Positions 50,607-63,785 are shown, counted from the whole stretch's first letter. The stretch is 63,785 nt of DNA, filler included, from Sphacelaria rigidula (GCA_964200075.2; 11 parts of 11 records of this genome joined end to end with filler, not necessarily neighbours in it); one strand, 5' to 3'. The notes: generated by a model not told the origin, from the letters alone. Translations and numbers: made by a program.

Positions 50607-51934
50607 TATCCTCATTATTATCACTCATATTAATAGCGTATATGTCTCTCCCCCCGATTTTTCATCAAGTCAAGACTGAAGCATTCTCCATACTCTTTGC
50701 AGTAAAAAAACGAAGCATCGATAATAGCTTTCCCAATCGCTCTGTCTGCAGGAGGAACAAAGTCACCGTTAGTCACCGCGCACGAGCAGGGCAAAACATG
50801 ACCCGACTTACAGTCAAGTTCTTTCAATACCCCTTCCAAGTTTGAAAAAAAATGTTCGGGAGTCCACCTATTCAAAAGTTTAGTCAATTATCGTTTTTAT
50901 TTCACGTGTCTTCGTTTCGAGGCCCCAACACATTTTTACGTGTCTGTGGGGACTTGCGAGTAATGCCAAGCCAACAAGCGTGTGCGATAGGTTCAGCGGC
51001 CATCTCCGTGCTACATGGGGCTATCACTTATCCGAAGTGATTTCTCGTACGTTTTTTGTCACGTTCGATAAGAACTCGCGTGAGGGCGTGTCTCGGCAAA
51101 CGTGCGGTGGGAAAGTGCAAATCCGATCTGATGGGTCGTCACCTCAACTTAAATGGCCCAAGACACACCCCGAAGATATGTATCAGAAAGCGGGAAGGTG
51201 AGGCCTGACCACATGGGTCGTTCATAAAAAAAAAAATCATCATGGCTTCGTAAGGGCAGAGTGGTTTCGACTACGTCCACACGAAACCGCGAAGGAGGCG
51301 TCTGCTTGGAATATGATGGTTAAGACAGGCCAGAATGATTCGAAAACATCGTAAATGGCTACAGCCAGGCGTATCATCAGCAAGGTGTCAACGCAGCAAT
51401 TACCCTCAAACGCCAACGGGAACGCCGTCGACACGCGCCAGGAAGGAATAAGTCACCGTGGCCCTTGACGATGACCTTCGCTCTCGGGTTGATACATACG
51501 GCCAGCGTATAGCCCATGCGATGCAGGCTGCCGACGCCGTACTACTGCCGACGAGGATCGACGAGCTGGGAATCGATGCTCTTTGACTTCATTACTGCAA
51601 ATCCGGTGGGGGTTCAGAGGAGTGACGGGGCGCCATCCTACTCGGTTTGGTGCTCGTTTCGAAGGAATAGATTATCTATTTATGTGGCGCTACCGGGTCG
51701 GCGATAACACGGTCAGGCTTCCTTTCTTCTTTCGTAGTGGTTACGGTTAGCCGTGGGGTTGGAAGTCACCATCTGCTTGTACCAATGAATTTTGGTTTAT
51801 GTCAGGTTCACTTTTTTTATTTCAAAATTTGTTCAAAGCCTCCACGCGTGCGAAACCCGTGGCGTTGATACCTGCGGCACTGCTGCCACGCGCGTCAGCC
51901 GTGGCTTTCCACCAGGTATTGTTATTACCATCAC

Positions 51935-51982
<48 letters not shown>

Positions 51983-54240
51983 TTTTACTACTATTATTCT
52001 TGTTACCAATTTAATTATTATATATTAACCCTCTTGGGACCGGGCCTCCAGAACGACCAATGAAGCTGGTGAGGAATGACGTGTCTGGCGTCTAAACGAA
52101 ACACTGAAGTGTTGCTGAAAATCCGCGTATATAACTGCAGGGTTATGACAAAGACCGAAAGTTTCATCTAGNNNNNNNNNNNNNNNNNNNNNNNNNNNNN
52201 NNNNNNNNNNNNNNNTTAATTAATTAANNNNNNNNNNNNNNNNNNNNNNNNNNNNNNNNNNNNNNNNNNNNGCGGGCGTGGGGGGGGCGGTGTTGTTTTT
52301 GTGTTGTCGGGTGGGTGTGTGTGAAGTTTTTTTTTTTTTTTGTGTGTGTGGTTGTCTTGCTTTTTTTGTCTCTCTGGAGCGTCGCCTGATTTTCCGACGT
52401 CCAGGCGAACGTGGATGAGAGGCGGAAGGACAGGAGTCCAGTCCGCAGGGTAATATAATGCAGTTTTCCTCCCGGGAAATGTTGTGTCTGTGTTGGTGTG
52501 TGTTGATGTGTGTGAGTGTGTAAGTGTGTGTTGACTGCATGCGGCTGCGCGTGCACAGCCGTGATAGGAATGGCTTGGCGTCGGTTTCGTGTTTTTGTTG
52601 CTCATCTAATTGAAGTTTTTGCTCCTTCTCGTTTTTTATGACGCGCGATTGCTCGCCCGTGGGCACATTCACACTCGCATCTGAATACACCTATTGTAAG
52701 AAGATGGGTCCAGTTTCTCTCGAAAATTCTTGAAAACTCGCAGGGCACCACTTGGTCGCAAAACTACATAAGGGATCATTTGTGGTTGTTTTAATATGTC
52801 ACCAAAAAAGTACCGCTTAGGTCATGCGTCACTATTTTGTTTTCCCCGTAGGGGAATCGACGGTCGTGTGACCTGGACGCAAAAGAGAATTACAGTAACC
52901 GTGTGCCACCACACGGCAGGCCACCCTTCCCTCCACCTGCCAGTGATATGTCGGCGGTTTCTTACATCTTGTTTTATCTGTTGCTAGCGGGGCATTTTCG
53001 TATTTTTACGACCGAAACGCGGCACGACGTGTTCTTGAGGCACCCGACTTTTCTGTACGACCCGATCCCGCCTTGCCCATCAGCTGAACACCGTTTACAA
53101 CCCAGGTGCCCAAACAGCACACTCCTCGTCATCGCACGCGCAACACCTCAGTAGGCTACTGGTTCGTATTCTTGTTGCTACTGCTGGTGCACCCCAGCAC
53201 GTGAAAGGTTTCCTGATGAGCTCTGTATTCGATATTACACCAGCAGCTCAGGTGCTGTCTCGTGACAAGTGCCGTCGTACACAAATCCACGGCATTTATT
53301 TTTGCAACAGCCCGCTGCTCTAATCTGCCGTACTTTCTATTTTCGCGAATGTACAGTGGGGGGAAAAGGCAGCGCTTTGCTGCATCTCAGCAGCACACTC
53401 GAACTTTCGTAGCTCTGGAAACACTGAACAAGTTGCCGCTAGACCACCGGGCGTGTCCGTTGGCAGCAAGCCGTACGGCTGTTGCACGAGGGCTGGGCAT
53501 TTGTGTGCATATCGGATGCTTCCTGAGCACACCATTGTCACAACGCGCGCGTTATTTTCGCTTTGCCTCCGGACCCGACAAACGGCAGTCATTCCCAGAA
53601 GCAACACAGCATGAGCATATTTTGCCTGGGTCCGGAGCTCGGAACACATAGTCACGGATTGCTGGTGGTGAAATCCCATCCGTCAAAGTTGGCCTTGTTC
53701 AGCATGTCCGAGTAAGATGATTTTCACGGTTCAGCACGAGGCGTCGGCAGGGACGGTCAAGGGACCTGAGCCGGTGCGGTTCAGTGCGAGGTACCAAAAA
53801 GAACGGTTCGGGAACCAGTTCTGTAACCAGCGTGATTCAGCCGAGCCAGATGGGTATGCAGATCCGCATCGAAAGTTTTGAGATGGTTGGGGTTTAGAGA
53901 GGTTCAGAGAGAATGTTTCAGAAGAGAGTTCAATGGATACGGCGTTCGCGCAAGGCCGTTGAACCCCACCTGAACCATCCTTCATATCTGGCATACCCTA
54001 CCCAACTACGTCAAGGCTCATCTTGAGTATCTAGCAGAAGTGTTGAGACAACCACCGTTGTAGATCACGTGTAACAACGTTTTCGTGACATTGAGAGTAG
54101 AGCGCTGAGTGAAAGTGGTTTTGATCATTCGCTTCAACTTGGCCAATTTTTCATCAAGTGTGTGCTTTTATTTGCCTCCATCACTTGCGTGTGCTTACAG
54201 CTAAACGTCAATACCCTACACAGAGATATCAGGAGCCTCA

Positions 54241-54433
54241 GGCCGTGTCTTATCAAATTGTTTTTGCGTCGAAGACGTGCGGTCGAATCCAATTCCCTCG
54301 TTTCTGATTCGCGCACACTCTTTATTTTCTCAGATGGTTGAGAACATGGATGCCGTGGACGTATCAGGTAAGAGCCAATTCGATTCCACCGTACGTTTTC
54401 GAGTCGAGAACAATTTGATAAGAAGACACGGCC
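54241..54433. mobile_element. Harbinger-type MITE, H1-related subfamily
   Basis: TIR GGCCGTGTCTT. TSD TCA in a CTCAG context. Confidence 0.88.
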
Positions 54434-54850
54434 TCAGTGGCGAGCTACTACAGAAAGCATATCGGGTCTCGCGGAGGGGCACTTCGGAGCTGAAACGATT
54501 CATACAGTAATTGAGCGCTTTTCACTTTCAATCGTATCCTCTATTCTCAAATCTCACGAAAACGTTGTTGTGTGGTGACCAATAAGAGAGGGCTGAAAGG
54601 GAGATTCACATGAGATTTACCAAGGGAAACCATCACATACTCTTGAGGTACGCCAACGGCACATCGTCTTGAAGACGCCATATCACTCTTAGTTATCTGC
54701 TGGTGTCATATGGCACCAAGCCCAGCGGGGCCGCTTCGTTGTGGAGCAATCAATCTCAAATCTACATCGGGGAGAATCGACACTTACGTTTTGTGTTTTT
54801 CATGTGTTTGTCCCCCCGACCAAACCTAGATCTGATTCACTGCTGACTGA

Positions 54851-55046
54851 GGTCGTGTCTTATCAAATTGTACTTGACTCGAAAATGTACGGTGGAATCA
54901 AATTTGCTCGTACCTGATACGTCTACAGCATTCATGTTCTCAACCATCTGAGAAAATCAGTAGCGTGGACGAATCAGAAACGAGCGAATTCGAATTCGAT
55001 TCGACCGCGCGTTTTCGACTCCAAAACAATTTGATAAGACACGGCC
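54851..55046. mobile_element. Harbinger-type MITE, inverted sister of the 54241 copy
   Basis: TSD TGA in a CTGAG context. Confidence 0.88.
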
Positions 55047-55534
55047 TGAGTTTCCTCACGAAAACGGGGGACAGTAGTGTCGTATCATCAATCTCGAGTT
55101 TTCAACCATGTCAAGAGTATGCCGCTGCGCCCCGGTGGTGGAAATTAAAATGTCACAACTGACTCGTGCTCCGGTGGTAGGCGTGCACTTTTTGGGCCAA
55201 TACTTGTACACACGTATGAGTATTTTGACGTCGTGAAAGAAAACGATGACATTTTTTTTCTTCTTCACACTTTGTGATTGTCGGCCTGCGAGAGGATGGC
55301 CTCACGTTTAGAGACGCAGCGTCGTCCTAACTGCGCCAGCGCGTGTGCGCGAGAATCTGTATCTGACTCAAGTACGCCGGCCAGAAGATTCTCGTGCACC
55401 CCTAACGACGTAGCACGACCCAACTGACACCCATATGAGGAGGGTGGAAAGAACGCGGGTGAGGTTCCCGCCAGATGCGTTGAGGTTTGTTCTTCAAATA
55501 ATCTGATTCGGTCCTTGAAAGCGTGAGGATGTGA

Positions 55535-56930
55535 TCGATTGACTTGATTGATCGTCGCACTTTGACAGACCACCCACAGGTCCAGTCGTGGTGAGCAATG
55601 CTACGGTAGGGGTACACTTTTTCGCGAAATACTGTCTAGTTCAGGGGCTCCTAACGATTTTGAATACACAAGAATATGGGTCAGGGCATCAACGTTTGCA
55701 AATTCATTGGGGATATCCCCAGCACATTGGACTAGTTATCCTGTCGTACTTTTACATATTTTCATAAGTAGTGTTTTGCCTGAGATCAAGGACTCCTAAC
55801 AATTCTAACCTCTGAAAATATTTGTACACCCCAACCGTAGCATCACTCTGGTCGCATGATAGACGTACCCAAGAAAGCAAAACTAAAACACTCGTTCAAG
55901 AAAACGAAGGGGCAGAAAAAAGTCGAACAGACCGACACAGTAGACGAAGACGTGAAAAATAAAAGAGAAGGAAAATCAACAAAAGCAGAGTATAGAAAGA
56001 GGTGGCCGAGCTAAAAACAAAAACAAAAAAGGAGAAAAAAAAAAAAATGGAATAAAATAATGGAAAAAAGGGGAAAGCCCAGGGGATTCAGGGCAGCAGA
56101 GTAGATACAGCCACACACCAGTGGGCACCGCAGAGCCACCGACTAAAGACATCATCAACAACCGATATGAGCAGAGAGCATACTTCGATTTGCGGCCCTC
56201 GACGCAGCAACCTCTCGCTTGTGACGGCGGTCTGATTCTCGTTTGCCCGCGCGTCGCCACGTGTCCTCAAACTCTTCCGCTCCTCTTCGACTCCAATATG
56301 CCATTTGCCCGTGTTCTTCGCCGCAGTGATCCAATCGTATGCATCGTTAACTTCTACACCATAGACGAACCACTTCCATCGGACCCCTTTGTGCGGGACA
56401 GCCCCTAGCGCAGGTAGGTTCTCCTTCAGGGTATCCTCCCATTGCTCGGGGGGGCGGCCGGCCTCCGTGGGTCCTCGTGTGGAAAGCCGACCGTTCATGA
56501 CGCGTTTAGGCAGGCGTGTGTCCTTCTGCCGGACAAGGGCTCCCGCGAACCATAGTTGGTGTTTGCGGATAGTCTTCTCGATACGTTCGCAGTTGATAAT
56601 CTCGAGCACCGCTCTATACGAAAGAGTCTTGTAGCCATTTACATATTTCCTGCGGAATCCAACCACTCGCAGCAAGAGCTTGTCATGGGAAGTCCGCAGA
56701 CGATCGAAGTCCTCAGAACGTAGCGTCCGTGTGGCACATGCATACAACAGAGCTTCGACCACCTCCGCTTTAAGCAGTCGAACTTTCAATGATAGCTCGG
56801 CGTTGGGTCGGCCGTAGAGTTGGGAGCTGCATTTTCGGATACGCGCCCACGCCGCGCTGTTATCGAGGTTGATTTCGGTGGACATTTTCGCATCCGCGCT
56901 GATAGCTCCACCAAGGTAGATGAACTTCCC
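55535..56930 (-). mobile_element. 5'-truncated RTE LINE (ORF C-terminus, 3' UTR, (CAAT)n-like tail) with ATGTGA TSD
   Basis: ORF 56088-56885 contains LKVRLLKAEVVEALLYACAT, RKHQLWFAGALVR and RLPKRVMNGRL..GRPP..W, with KFIYLGGAIS just upstream. ATGTGA lies at 55529-55534 and 56931-56936. Confidence 0.93.
55593..55848. mobile_element. Sola-like MITE inserted in an RTE 3' UTR
   Basis: TIR GAGCAATGCTACGGTAGGGGTACAC. TSD TGGT. The empty site is visible in other RTE tails (CCGTGGTCTCATGATAG). Confidence 0.85.
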
Positions 56931-57507
56931 ATGTGAGTTGACAAATATAGTTTGTTAGACAGGAGTCGACGTATTGGGAGAGTGCTGGTCCAATCCGCGC
57001 AACCGAAATGCCAGGGGTGTTCCTGGGGCAGAGACGGATTGATCCCTTGAGGCCACGGACTCGTCCCGAGGAAGAGCAGGGCTTAAAATGTGTGACGGGA
57101 GAAAAAATACAAAAATCATGCTTCTCCAAAGTAGAAGCGAATGCGTCGTGGTTATCGTTCCACCATCCCCAGCTGCACAACAGTGGTCCGTTGGTTTACG
57201 ATTTTGAAGCACTTCTTCTGTTGGGCACTTGCTTGGGCTATAAGTCACCATCGGAATGTGCCATAAAATGACGGGCCAAGTGATTACACCAGTCTACTGG
57301 CACATACATTCGCCGATGTGTATCGGATGCATGCATTTGGTGCAACGAAAGTGCGTACAATATATGTTTTTTTTCGCCCTACCCAACGTTTTGCTCTTAG
57401 TTGGCACAGGAACCGCTGCTGGGAAGAACGGAAGGTACACACGGTGGTCGGAAGGCATTTCGTTTCGCTCCGAAAGCACTTGGCACGTTGTAAACCCTGC
57501 AACTTTT

Positions 57508-57762
57508 CAAGGGTCGGACAAATAATGATTCGTCTGGAAATTACTTGGTTTCAGTATAATGAGTCGACGGAATCAATCCCTAGGCTTTACTACAGCGTTG
57601 CAACTCAGGTACACGCAGCCCAGACAGGTGGAATGGCGCAAAAGTTGCGTGGATACCCCTTGGACCAGCGATCAACTTTTTTCTCCCTTTTGGGCAATCA
57701 TACCGAAGAAATCGTGAATTTGGTGATTCTTACTGTAGTCGTGATGATTCGTCCTAACCGTG
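57508..57762. mobile_element. hAT-type MITE, copy 3 (opposite orientation)
   Basis: TSD CAACTTTT/CAACTATT with one mismatch. Same internal sequence as copies 1 and 2. Confidence 0.9.
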
Positions 57763-58828
57763 CAACTATTATACGACCGGCGATTTCACGCGCCCTTCTC
57801 CCCGTGATATCGCGAATCACTCGTCGGCGTTTGACTCTCCGATTGGTGCGCAGAGTGAGAAAAAGGCGTCAGTCTTTGACCGTTTTCATTCGTGAAATTC
57901 GTGTTCGGCTCTTTCTGGAACCTCCGCCCTGCGTCATCACGGATTCCCCCACAACCTCACACCATCTACCCCATTACANNNNNNNNNNNNNNNNNNNNNN
58001 NNNNNNNNNNNNNNNNNNNNNNTTAATTAATTAANNNNNNNNNNNNNNNNNNNNNNNNNNNNNNNNNNNNNNNNNNNNCGCCAGGATTACTACTCCAATG
58101 TGCTGGGGATATCCCGAATGAATTTACAAGCGAGAATGCCCTGACCCATATTTTTGTGCATCTAGAATCGTTAGGGGCCCCTGAACTAGACACAATTTCG
58201 CGAAAAAAGTGCCCTCCTACCGTAGCACTGCTCACCCCTCTACCGTGGCATCACTCCACCTTCGAATGATTCATTCGGTTCAGGTCACACCCGGTGACAC
58301 CGACGAAGAACTCGTCCCTCAAGTGCCTAGTGTGGTCGTTCGGAAACGTTTGTGACGTACAGAGACGGCCAGGGGGACCATGCCACCTCGAAATAACTTT
58401 CTGTTCCGTCTGCGGGGCTTCCAGCGCACTCTTACGATTTTGGCGTGTATGTTTTGACGTCAGGTCGAACAACAAACGAAAGCATAGGATGAAAAAAAAG
58501 GAGATTGACTTGCTTTACCACGACAATAAGAGACGTTCGATACACTGACGATTTTCGTTGCGCGCAGTTGTACTCTGGGCTCTTGAACAACAAAAATACG
58601 CAAAATGCTTCAAAATCGGAATACGCGCGCAACAGTACTTCGATATTTTCCGACTTCTGAAGCATTGCGCGCAGAAGGTTTTGCTCTTCAACCCGGAGTC
58701 AAACTGGGGGCATGAAAACTCATTCAAGTGTGTCCAGGGCCTGCTAGGTCGTCCAGCAGAGCAAGGCCTTCCGAACGAACTAGCTTTGGTTGTAACCTGC
58801 ATCCTTTGTTTGCGTGCAGGTTACCAAG

Positions 58829-59084
58829 GAGTGATGCTACGGTAGGGGTACACAAATATTTTCTGAGGCTAGAGTTGTTAGGAGCCCTTTCTCTCATCCA
58901 AAACACGACTTATGAAAATATGCGAAGGTACGCCAGGATTACTATTTCAATGTGTTGGGATATCCCGAATTAATCTGCAAACGGGGATGCCCTGACCCGT
59001 ATTCTTGTGCGTCTGAAATCGTTAGGAGCCTCTGAACCAGACAAAATTTCGCGACAAAAGTGCATCCCTACCGTAGCATTGCTC
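58829..59084. mobile_element. Sola-like MITE (a partial copy also lies at 58079-58233)
   Basis: TIR GAGTGATGCTACGGTAGGG. TSD CAAG. Confidence 0.85.
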
Positions 59085-59543
59085 CAAGGTGGATACGCCC
59101 ATCAGAGTAATGAGGAACCTCCGAAATGATGCGCAGGGACAAGTCACGAGCGTATTCGGCGAGCATAATGTTTGGGGCTACTCCAAAGAGAGGGGGCTAA
59201 AAAAGGATGTATTTAATGGGTTCAACTTCAAGCAGAGCCGACCACATCATGATCGTGGCCTTCTAAGAAGATACACACACATGAAGGTGATGCCATGTGG
59301 TGCGAACAACTTTCACTCCCACACCACAAATCCTTATCATCACTTGATGGAATACTTGTAAATTATCGGACACCACACATGTAGGGCTGCAACAACAACT
59401 GAATGCCACTAATCCGACCCGCAGACATCAACACTTCCACGCTGAAGATCATCGCAATTAGGAAACGTAACAGCAAGCGAACCGTCGGGAGTCTACACAT
59501 CTCACACCACCACTTAACGCAAGAGCGCTCTATAAATCGACGG

Positions 59544-60690
59544 TCAAAACATACGGAACCCGCTTTTCCTGGCTTTTTTGGAGCTCCCGGTCCTTTTCTT
59601 AACCCCGTTCTTCATCGATGCATTCGTTGTAATTATTGTCGCAACCCCTTCCTCGGCTGCCTTTTTCTTGCTTCGCTTGTCCTTTTTTCTTAGTACATCA
59701 TCCTCCGTAACCTTGGGTCTTTCATTCTTCTCCTTTTTCTCCCCCGGTTCCCCGCTGTCACGTTTTCCCGATCCATTTCTCTTTTTACCCTTCTTTTTAG
59801 CCAGGTCGTTCCCCGCCGGTGCTTCGGTCGCCGCCGACGCCGCAATGGCGTCCATGTCAGACTCTCCAGCACCTCTGGTCTTCTCCCGCGCCCTACTACT
59901 CATCGCTTCTTCTGTCTCTTGGCGCTTCCTCTTCTTCTTTTTCTTCTCTGCTAACTCTTCCTCGCGCGCCTCTCCTGCCAAACGAGACGCTTGTGCGGCA
60001 ACCGCAATACCTTCCTCGTCCTGTTTATCACCACCGCTCGTCCCTTTCGCCTTCTTCGACTTTCTTGGTTTGACATTTTCCGTGTCCCTAACCACCCTAG
60101 ACTCCAAAACACCTCCCTCTTCCTTCGCTACATCATTACCCACAGGGCCAGATTCCATCTCACCGCCTCCCTCGGTATACCCCCCATCTATCGAAGCACG
60201 GCCGCCATCACCGCCTACCCCTCCTTCCAGAACAGACCCTGAGTTCTTTCCTCGTCTTCCCCTTCCTCGCTGCCGACGCCGCTTTTCCTTGCCACCAGCG
60301 GTCTGAGCATCGGATTTCTGTTCATCTGTCTCCGCCTCTCCGTCTCCATCGCCATTTTCCGCTGCACTTGCGCCGCTCGTGTTTGACAGCGTGCTGTTGG
60401 TGTGGAACGGAGACGGCGTAGGCTTCCGACCTCGCGCGGATCGATCTGATCCGTTGGTCTTACCGTTTTGAGCAGCCTTGCTGCCATTTTTACTGGACGA
60501 GTCGACCGCGAAAATCTCGTCCAACATCTTGGCGCGATTATCCCTATTCTTGAAAGCATCCTCCCACTCATTGGGAGAGCGGGAGAATCGCTCCACCATG
60601 CACTCTGTCATCACCGATCTACCGGACGGGTACCCCATCATCCTCGAGCGCGCCTGCTCGCCCCCCGCGGATAACTCTTCCGCTATTGCC
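59544..60690 (-). CDS. NOP9: Terminal exon of a NOP9/APUM23-like nucleolar Pumilio-repeat protein with a long Lys/Glu-rich tail
   Basis: Long open frame after a TAG acceptor (60691-60693), ending in TGA at 59544. AIAEELS..GRSVMTECMVERFSRSPNEW resembles the last-repeat motif of Nop9 (IA.EL....G..V......F.R....W). A KKKKKR-rich nucleolar-type tail follows. Assignment is by recalled motif, not a database search. Confidence 0.7.
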
Positions 60691-63600
60691 CTATGGCACA
60701 TACAGGGCGTGAACAAGGCGGTGGGGAATGGGGTAAGGGGTAAGAGTGGCGATCGGTTTTAGAGCACCATTTATCTAGTCTGTTCCTGATAAATTCTTCA
60801 AGACATATATTTCTACGAGGGCTAGGTGTCGAGAAAAGGCGCCCCTCGTCTCTGATGACGCCGAAACTTGTAGGGTGTGTTGGTTGGTACCATAGCTTGG
60901 TGTCAAAGTCACAGGTTCAGTTGTGCAAGGCGCTGAGGGCGCGGTTTACGTTGGAAGGGTGGATGCCAGAATGACGCTTGTATATATTAAAAATGCTTGC
61001 GGTCTGATGGCAATTTCAGGCACTACGATATCAAACGGGCACACATGCAACGACGGATCCTGCCAGCCGTGTCATGAATCTTCGCCCGGTTATGGGCAAA
61101 CGCCAGAAGAATCACACCTAAAGAAGCACCCGTCAGGCTTCGTTACACATCTGAGGGTGAGGGAGCTCAGCTTTCCCGCTTCAAGTCTCGCGACAATTCT
61201 AGGTTAAGCTCCTCTTGCGCGAACAGTGGGTTCTGCCAAGGATCCTTGCCGGTGTTCCTGGCAAGGGAGCAACAATCCCTTACAGACAGCACCAAAACTT
61301 CCGGATCAGACGTGCTGACAGCCTGGCAGCCACGGTGGTGGTTGATAAGATATCCTTCTCCCGACATCAACTTCCAGTAAGGCTGCTGCGGGCTTGGACA
61401 TGAATATTGTAATGATTGATCCACTTCCACTTCGCGGAGGTCTTGTGGAGAATTCTCAACTTTTAATCCAACTCTCCCATCGAACGATGTGAGATGTTAT
61501 GTGATGATGTACAAGTCTTACCACACGCCGGACACGGTCAGCGACAGTACTCGTGTGCACAGAGTGGCGCTCTGAGAGCACAATACCAATGTAGTCACCA
61601 ACTCCCGGACCACGGCAGGTCTTGAGTAACAACCACTTGCGACCTGTGCGACGTCGTTCGTCCTTCCCGGTGATAATTCCTCCGCCGTCTGCTGTGCCAG
61701 TTGTGCGTGCTGACCAATATCATCTCTCTTCCCAGCATGGTTTCTTCTCTGGGCTCAACACGATTGACACTACGGAATATGACTGCTTCAGGTAAAATAT
61801 AATAAAAAAATCACCGGCGCAAAAAGCCTACATGTTGTGGAAAATAAACAAGACTGTGAACCAAAATATCAGATGAACGGTGTTCCCTGCCGCAAAGCAT
61901 GTTTTGGATCGGAAAGAGGAAAATCGAAAATTGACTCCACGGTAGTCAAGAGTGATTGAAGGTTTCCAGGCGTTTCGCCAAATTGTAAAAGCACACCGAA
62001 TTACTCGATATGAATATGAGCTTGCTGCTCTAGCTGCAGCACTTACGGCTACGATTTACCGCTGAATACACCGGAGAATAGAGAGCTACACGCGGAATAT
62101 GATACGGCGTTGCTGGAGACAACACCAGGAAGATTGTCTCGGCACAGAATCTTGCCGCAAAAACCGATGATCCAAGCCATGCCTTTAGCATAAACTGAGC
62201 CCGTGTCGCGGACGATGACGACGACGACGTCGACGGAGTCTGAAAGGCCTGTCATGGTGGCAGAAATGTGATGGAAACTCGAAATCGAAAATAGATATGG
62301 TGCTGTGATTGGCCCATTGCCGTGAACCGTAACAAGAATACTTGTAATGTTCGAGCAGATGGTTGACACCTCGGATATGTGGAATGTTGCAGGATTTGAA
62401 CCTTGGACCGAGTCCCCAGAAGTATGAATCATCTTCGCGACCTCGCAGCAGCGGAGAGAACAAATTATAACACTGGCTCTAACGATGGCATACTGAGAAC
62501 CATCGGGCAAGGGGGGTGCAACGTGTTTCGTAGGCGAAGGGTGCGTTGCCAGACCTCGAATCGGCACCCCAGGCGCCGATTTAGACAAGGACGCCTTCTG
62601 GGACGCTACGAGTAGTAGAATGCTGGGAGCTCAGCCCCCATGAAAGATCCGGATTTCGATTTTCACACCAAGATCAAGATTGACCGACTCACGCTCCCGA
62701 ATGGGAAAGTATACTGCGCCAAGACGACACGAAGTTGCTGGCCCACTTTCGCTGAAGCCACATAGCACCGAAGCCCCAATCATGTCTTTCAGTGGACTCA
62801 CCCATCTTAAGACACGCATCTGTTGTATCGGCAATGGTGGGTGACGGACGACCGTTTGTTTTCATTCCTTCTTGCATAACATCTTTGGAGTCAGATGAAC
62901 ACCCCTAGACTGCGAGAATAGTCCATCTGGACCATGCATACTTTTTTCAAGTGAAAAATGATGCCGATTCAGGATGTGACCAAACGGTCGCGGTCAAAGA
63001 GCTAATTAATTAATCATATTCATTAAATGAAAAGCCATGCCCACGGAACAACAAATACACTTTGAAACGCGAGTCATTCGTCCGACAAAAGTTGTGGAAT
63101 CATCGCAGGCGATAAATCAAGCTCCTCAAACCATGACGAGGTGGTGGACCAACACTCGCCCAGCCCACGTTACACACCCGGTGACTATTTGTACTCCACT
63201 CGTCTGTGTAGGGCCGTCCTCGTTGAAGTTCATCAGTACATATGACTTTGTCGCATGTTGAGCACATCATGTTGACCCAACTTCGATCCACCCAAAAGTG
63301 GTTCCGCTTCCTGGTTTCACTTACCGGCGTTGGGCTACAAATGTTCATGGTTGATATCACTTGATTTGAGTGCGTACAACGAGAATCGGAATTTTAGTAG
63401 GGCTGACGGTCCCGTGTGCTCCTCGGGTGCGCACAACGCGTTTTCGTTGAAATCTGCGCCACAGAAGCCGATTTGAGGTCTACAAAGGCCTCACATTCTT
63501 CAGAGAATGTGTGTACCGCCCTTGCCCGAGTGTTCTCGGTGTGCTTTGGGTTGGTTCAACCCAATCAGCCTCCTTGCATGCCAGGGTATCGCAAGCGTGG

Positions 63601-63712
63601 ACGAAAGGTGACGCAGTGGCATGTAATATATGAGGAACAACGGAAATAACGGTAGGAATCTGGTTTAGACGGCAGTCCGCTTTTTTTCGATATGAATTTT
63701 GGATCCATGCCG

Positions 63713-63785
63713 GCCGGTCGCCCCGGTGGCTCAGTTGGTAACCTCGTACCCTTCTGATGGTTGAGTTGTGGGGTTCGATTATCGG
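63713..63785 (+). mobile_element. SINE S1 head, truncated by the window end
   Basis: GCCGGTCGCCCCGGTGGCTCAGTTGGTAACCTCG is identical to the 6957 copy. Confidence 0.8.

Larger units (their letters stand above)
55420..57117 (+). mobile_element. SINE S2 copy split by the RTE insertion (parts 55420-55534 and 56931-57117)
   Basis: Both flanks of the RTE align colinearly with the 22913-22604 SINE. Confidence 0.72.

Noticed and set aside
52060..52118. Hammerhead-like arrangement CTGGTGA..GAAA-CACT/AGTG-TT
   Set aside because: The core reads CUGGUGA rather than CUGANGA, stem I does not pair, and there is only one copy.
57318..58034. 238-aa ORF
   Set aside because: It reads through a non-coding hAT MITE into the N linker.
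59578..60306. 242-aa hydrophobic ORF on the + strand
   Set aside because: It is the antisense shadow of the Lys/Glu-rich NOP9-like exon.
60845..60876. CTGATGA-CGCC-GAAAC hammerhead-like core
   Set aside because: There is no room for stem II and no stem I pairing.

Overview
This is eukaryotic, repeat-dominated nuclear DNA. It is most likely a brown alga or other stramenopile, inferred from the RTE-LINE type, the Harbinger transposase type, GT-AG exons in long TE-filled introns, and TTAGGG motifs. The window is not contiguous. It is 11 unrelated, size-sorted contigs (eight of 5708 bp, three of 5707 bp) joined by artificial 100-nt N44-TTAATTAATTAA-N44 linkers, so nothing across a linker is real synteny. 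Host coding content is limited to isolated exons: a NOP9-like terminal exon, a PSP1-domain exon, an HSD17B10-like SDR exon and a probable coiled-coil gene. The rest is nested transposon debris: decayed RTE LINEs, Harbinger transposase fragments, tRNA-derived SINEs, MITEs with hAT-, Harbinger-, piggyBac- and Sola-type TSD signatures, and mini/microsatellites. The most unusual signal is a family of very short (~65-100 nt) non-coding elements in two subfamilies. They share a covarying RNA fold, end in oligo-C, insert at G-runs with 10-16 bp target duplications, and lack Pol III boxes, TIRs and poly(A). They are candidate C-tailed mini-retroposons whose driver is not in the window.
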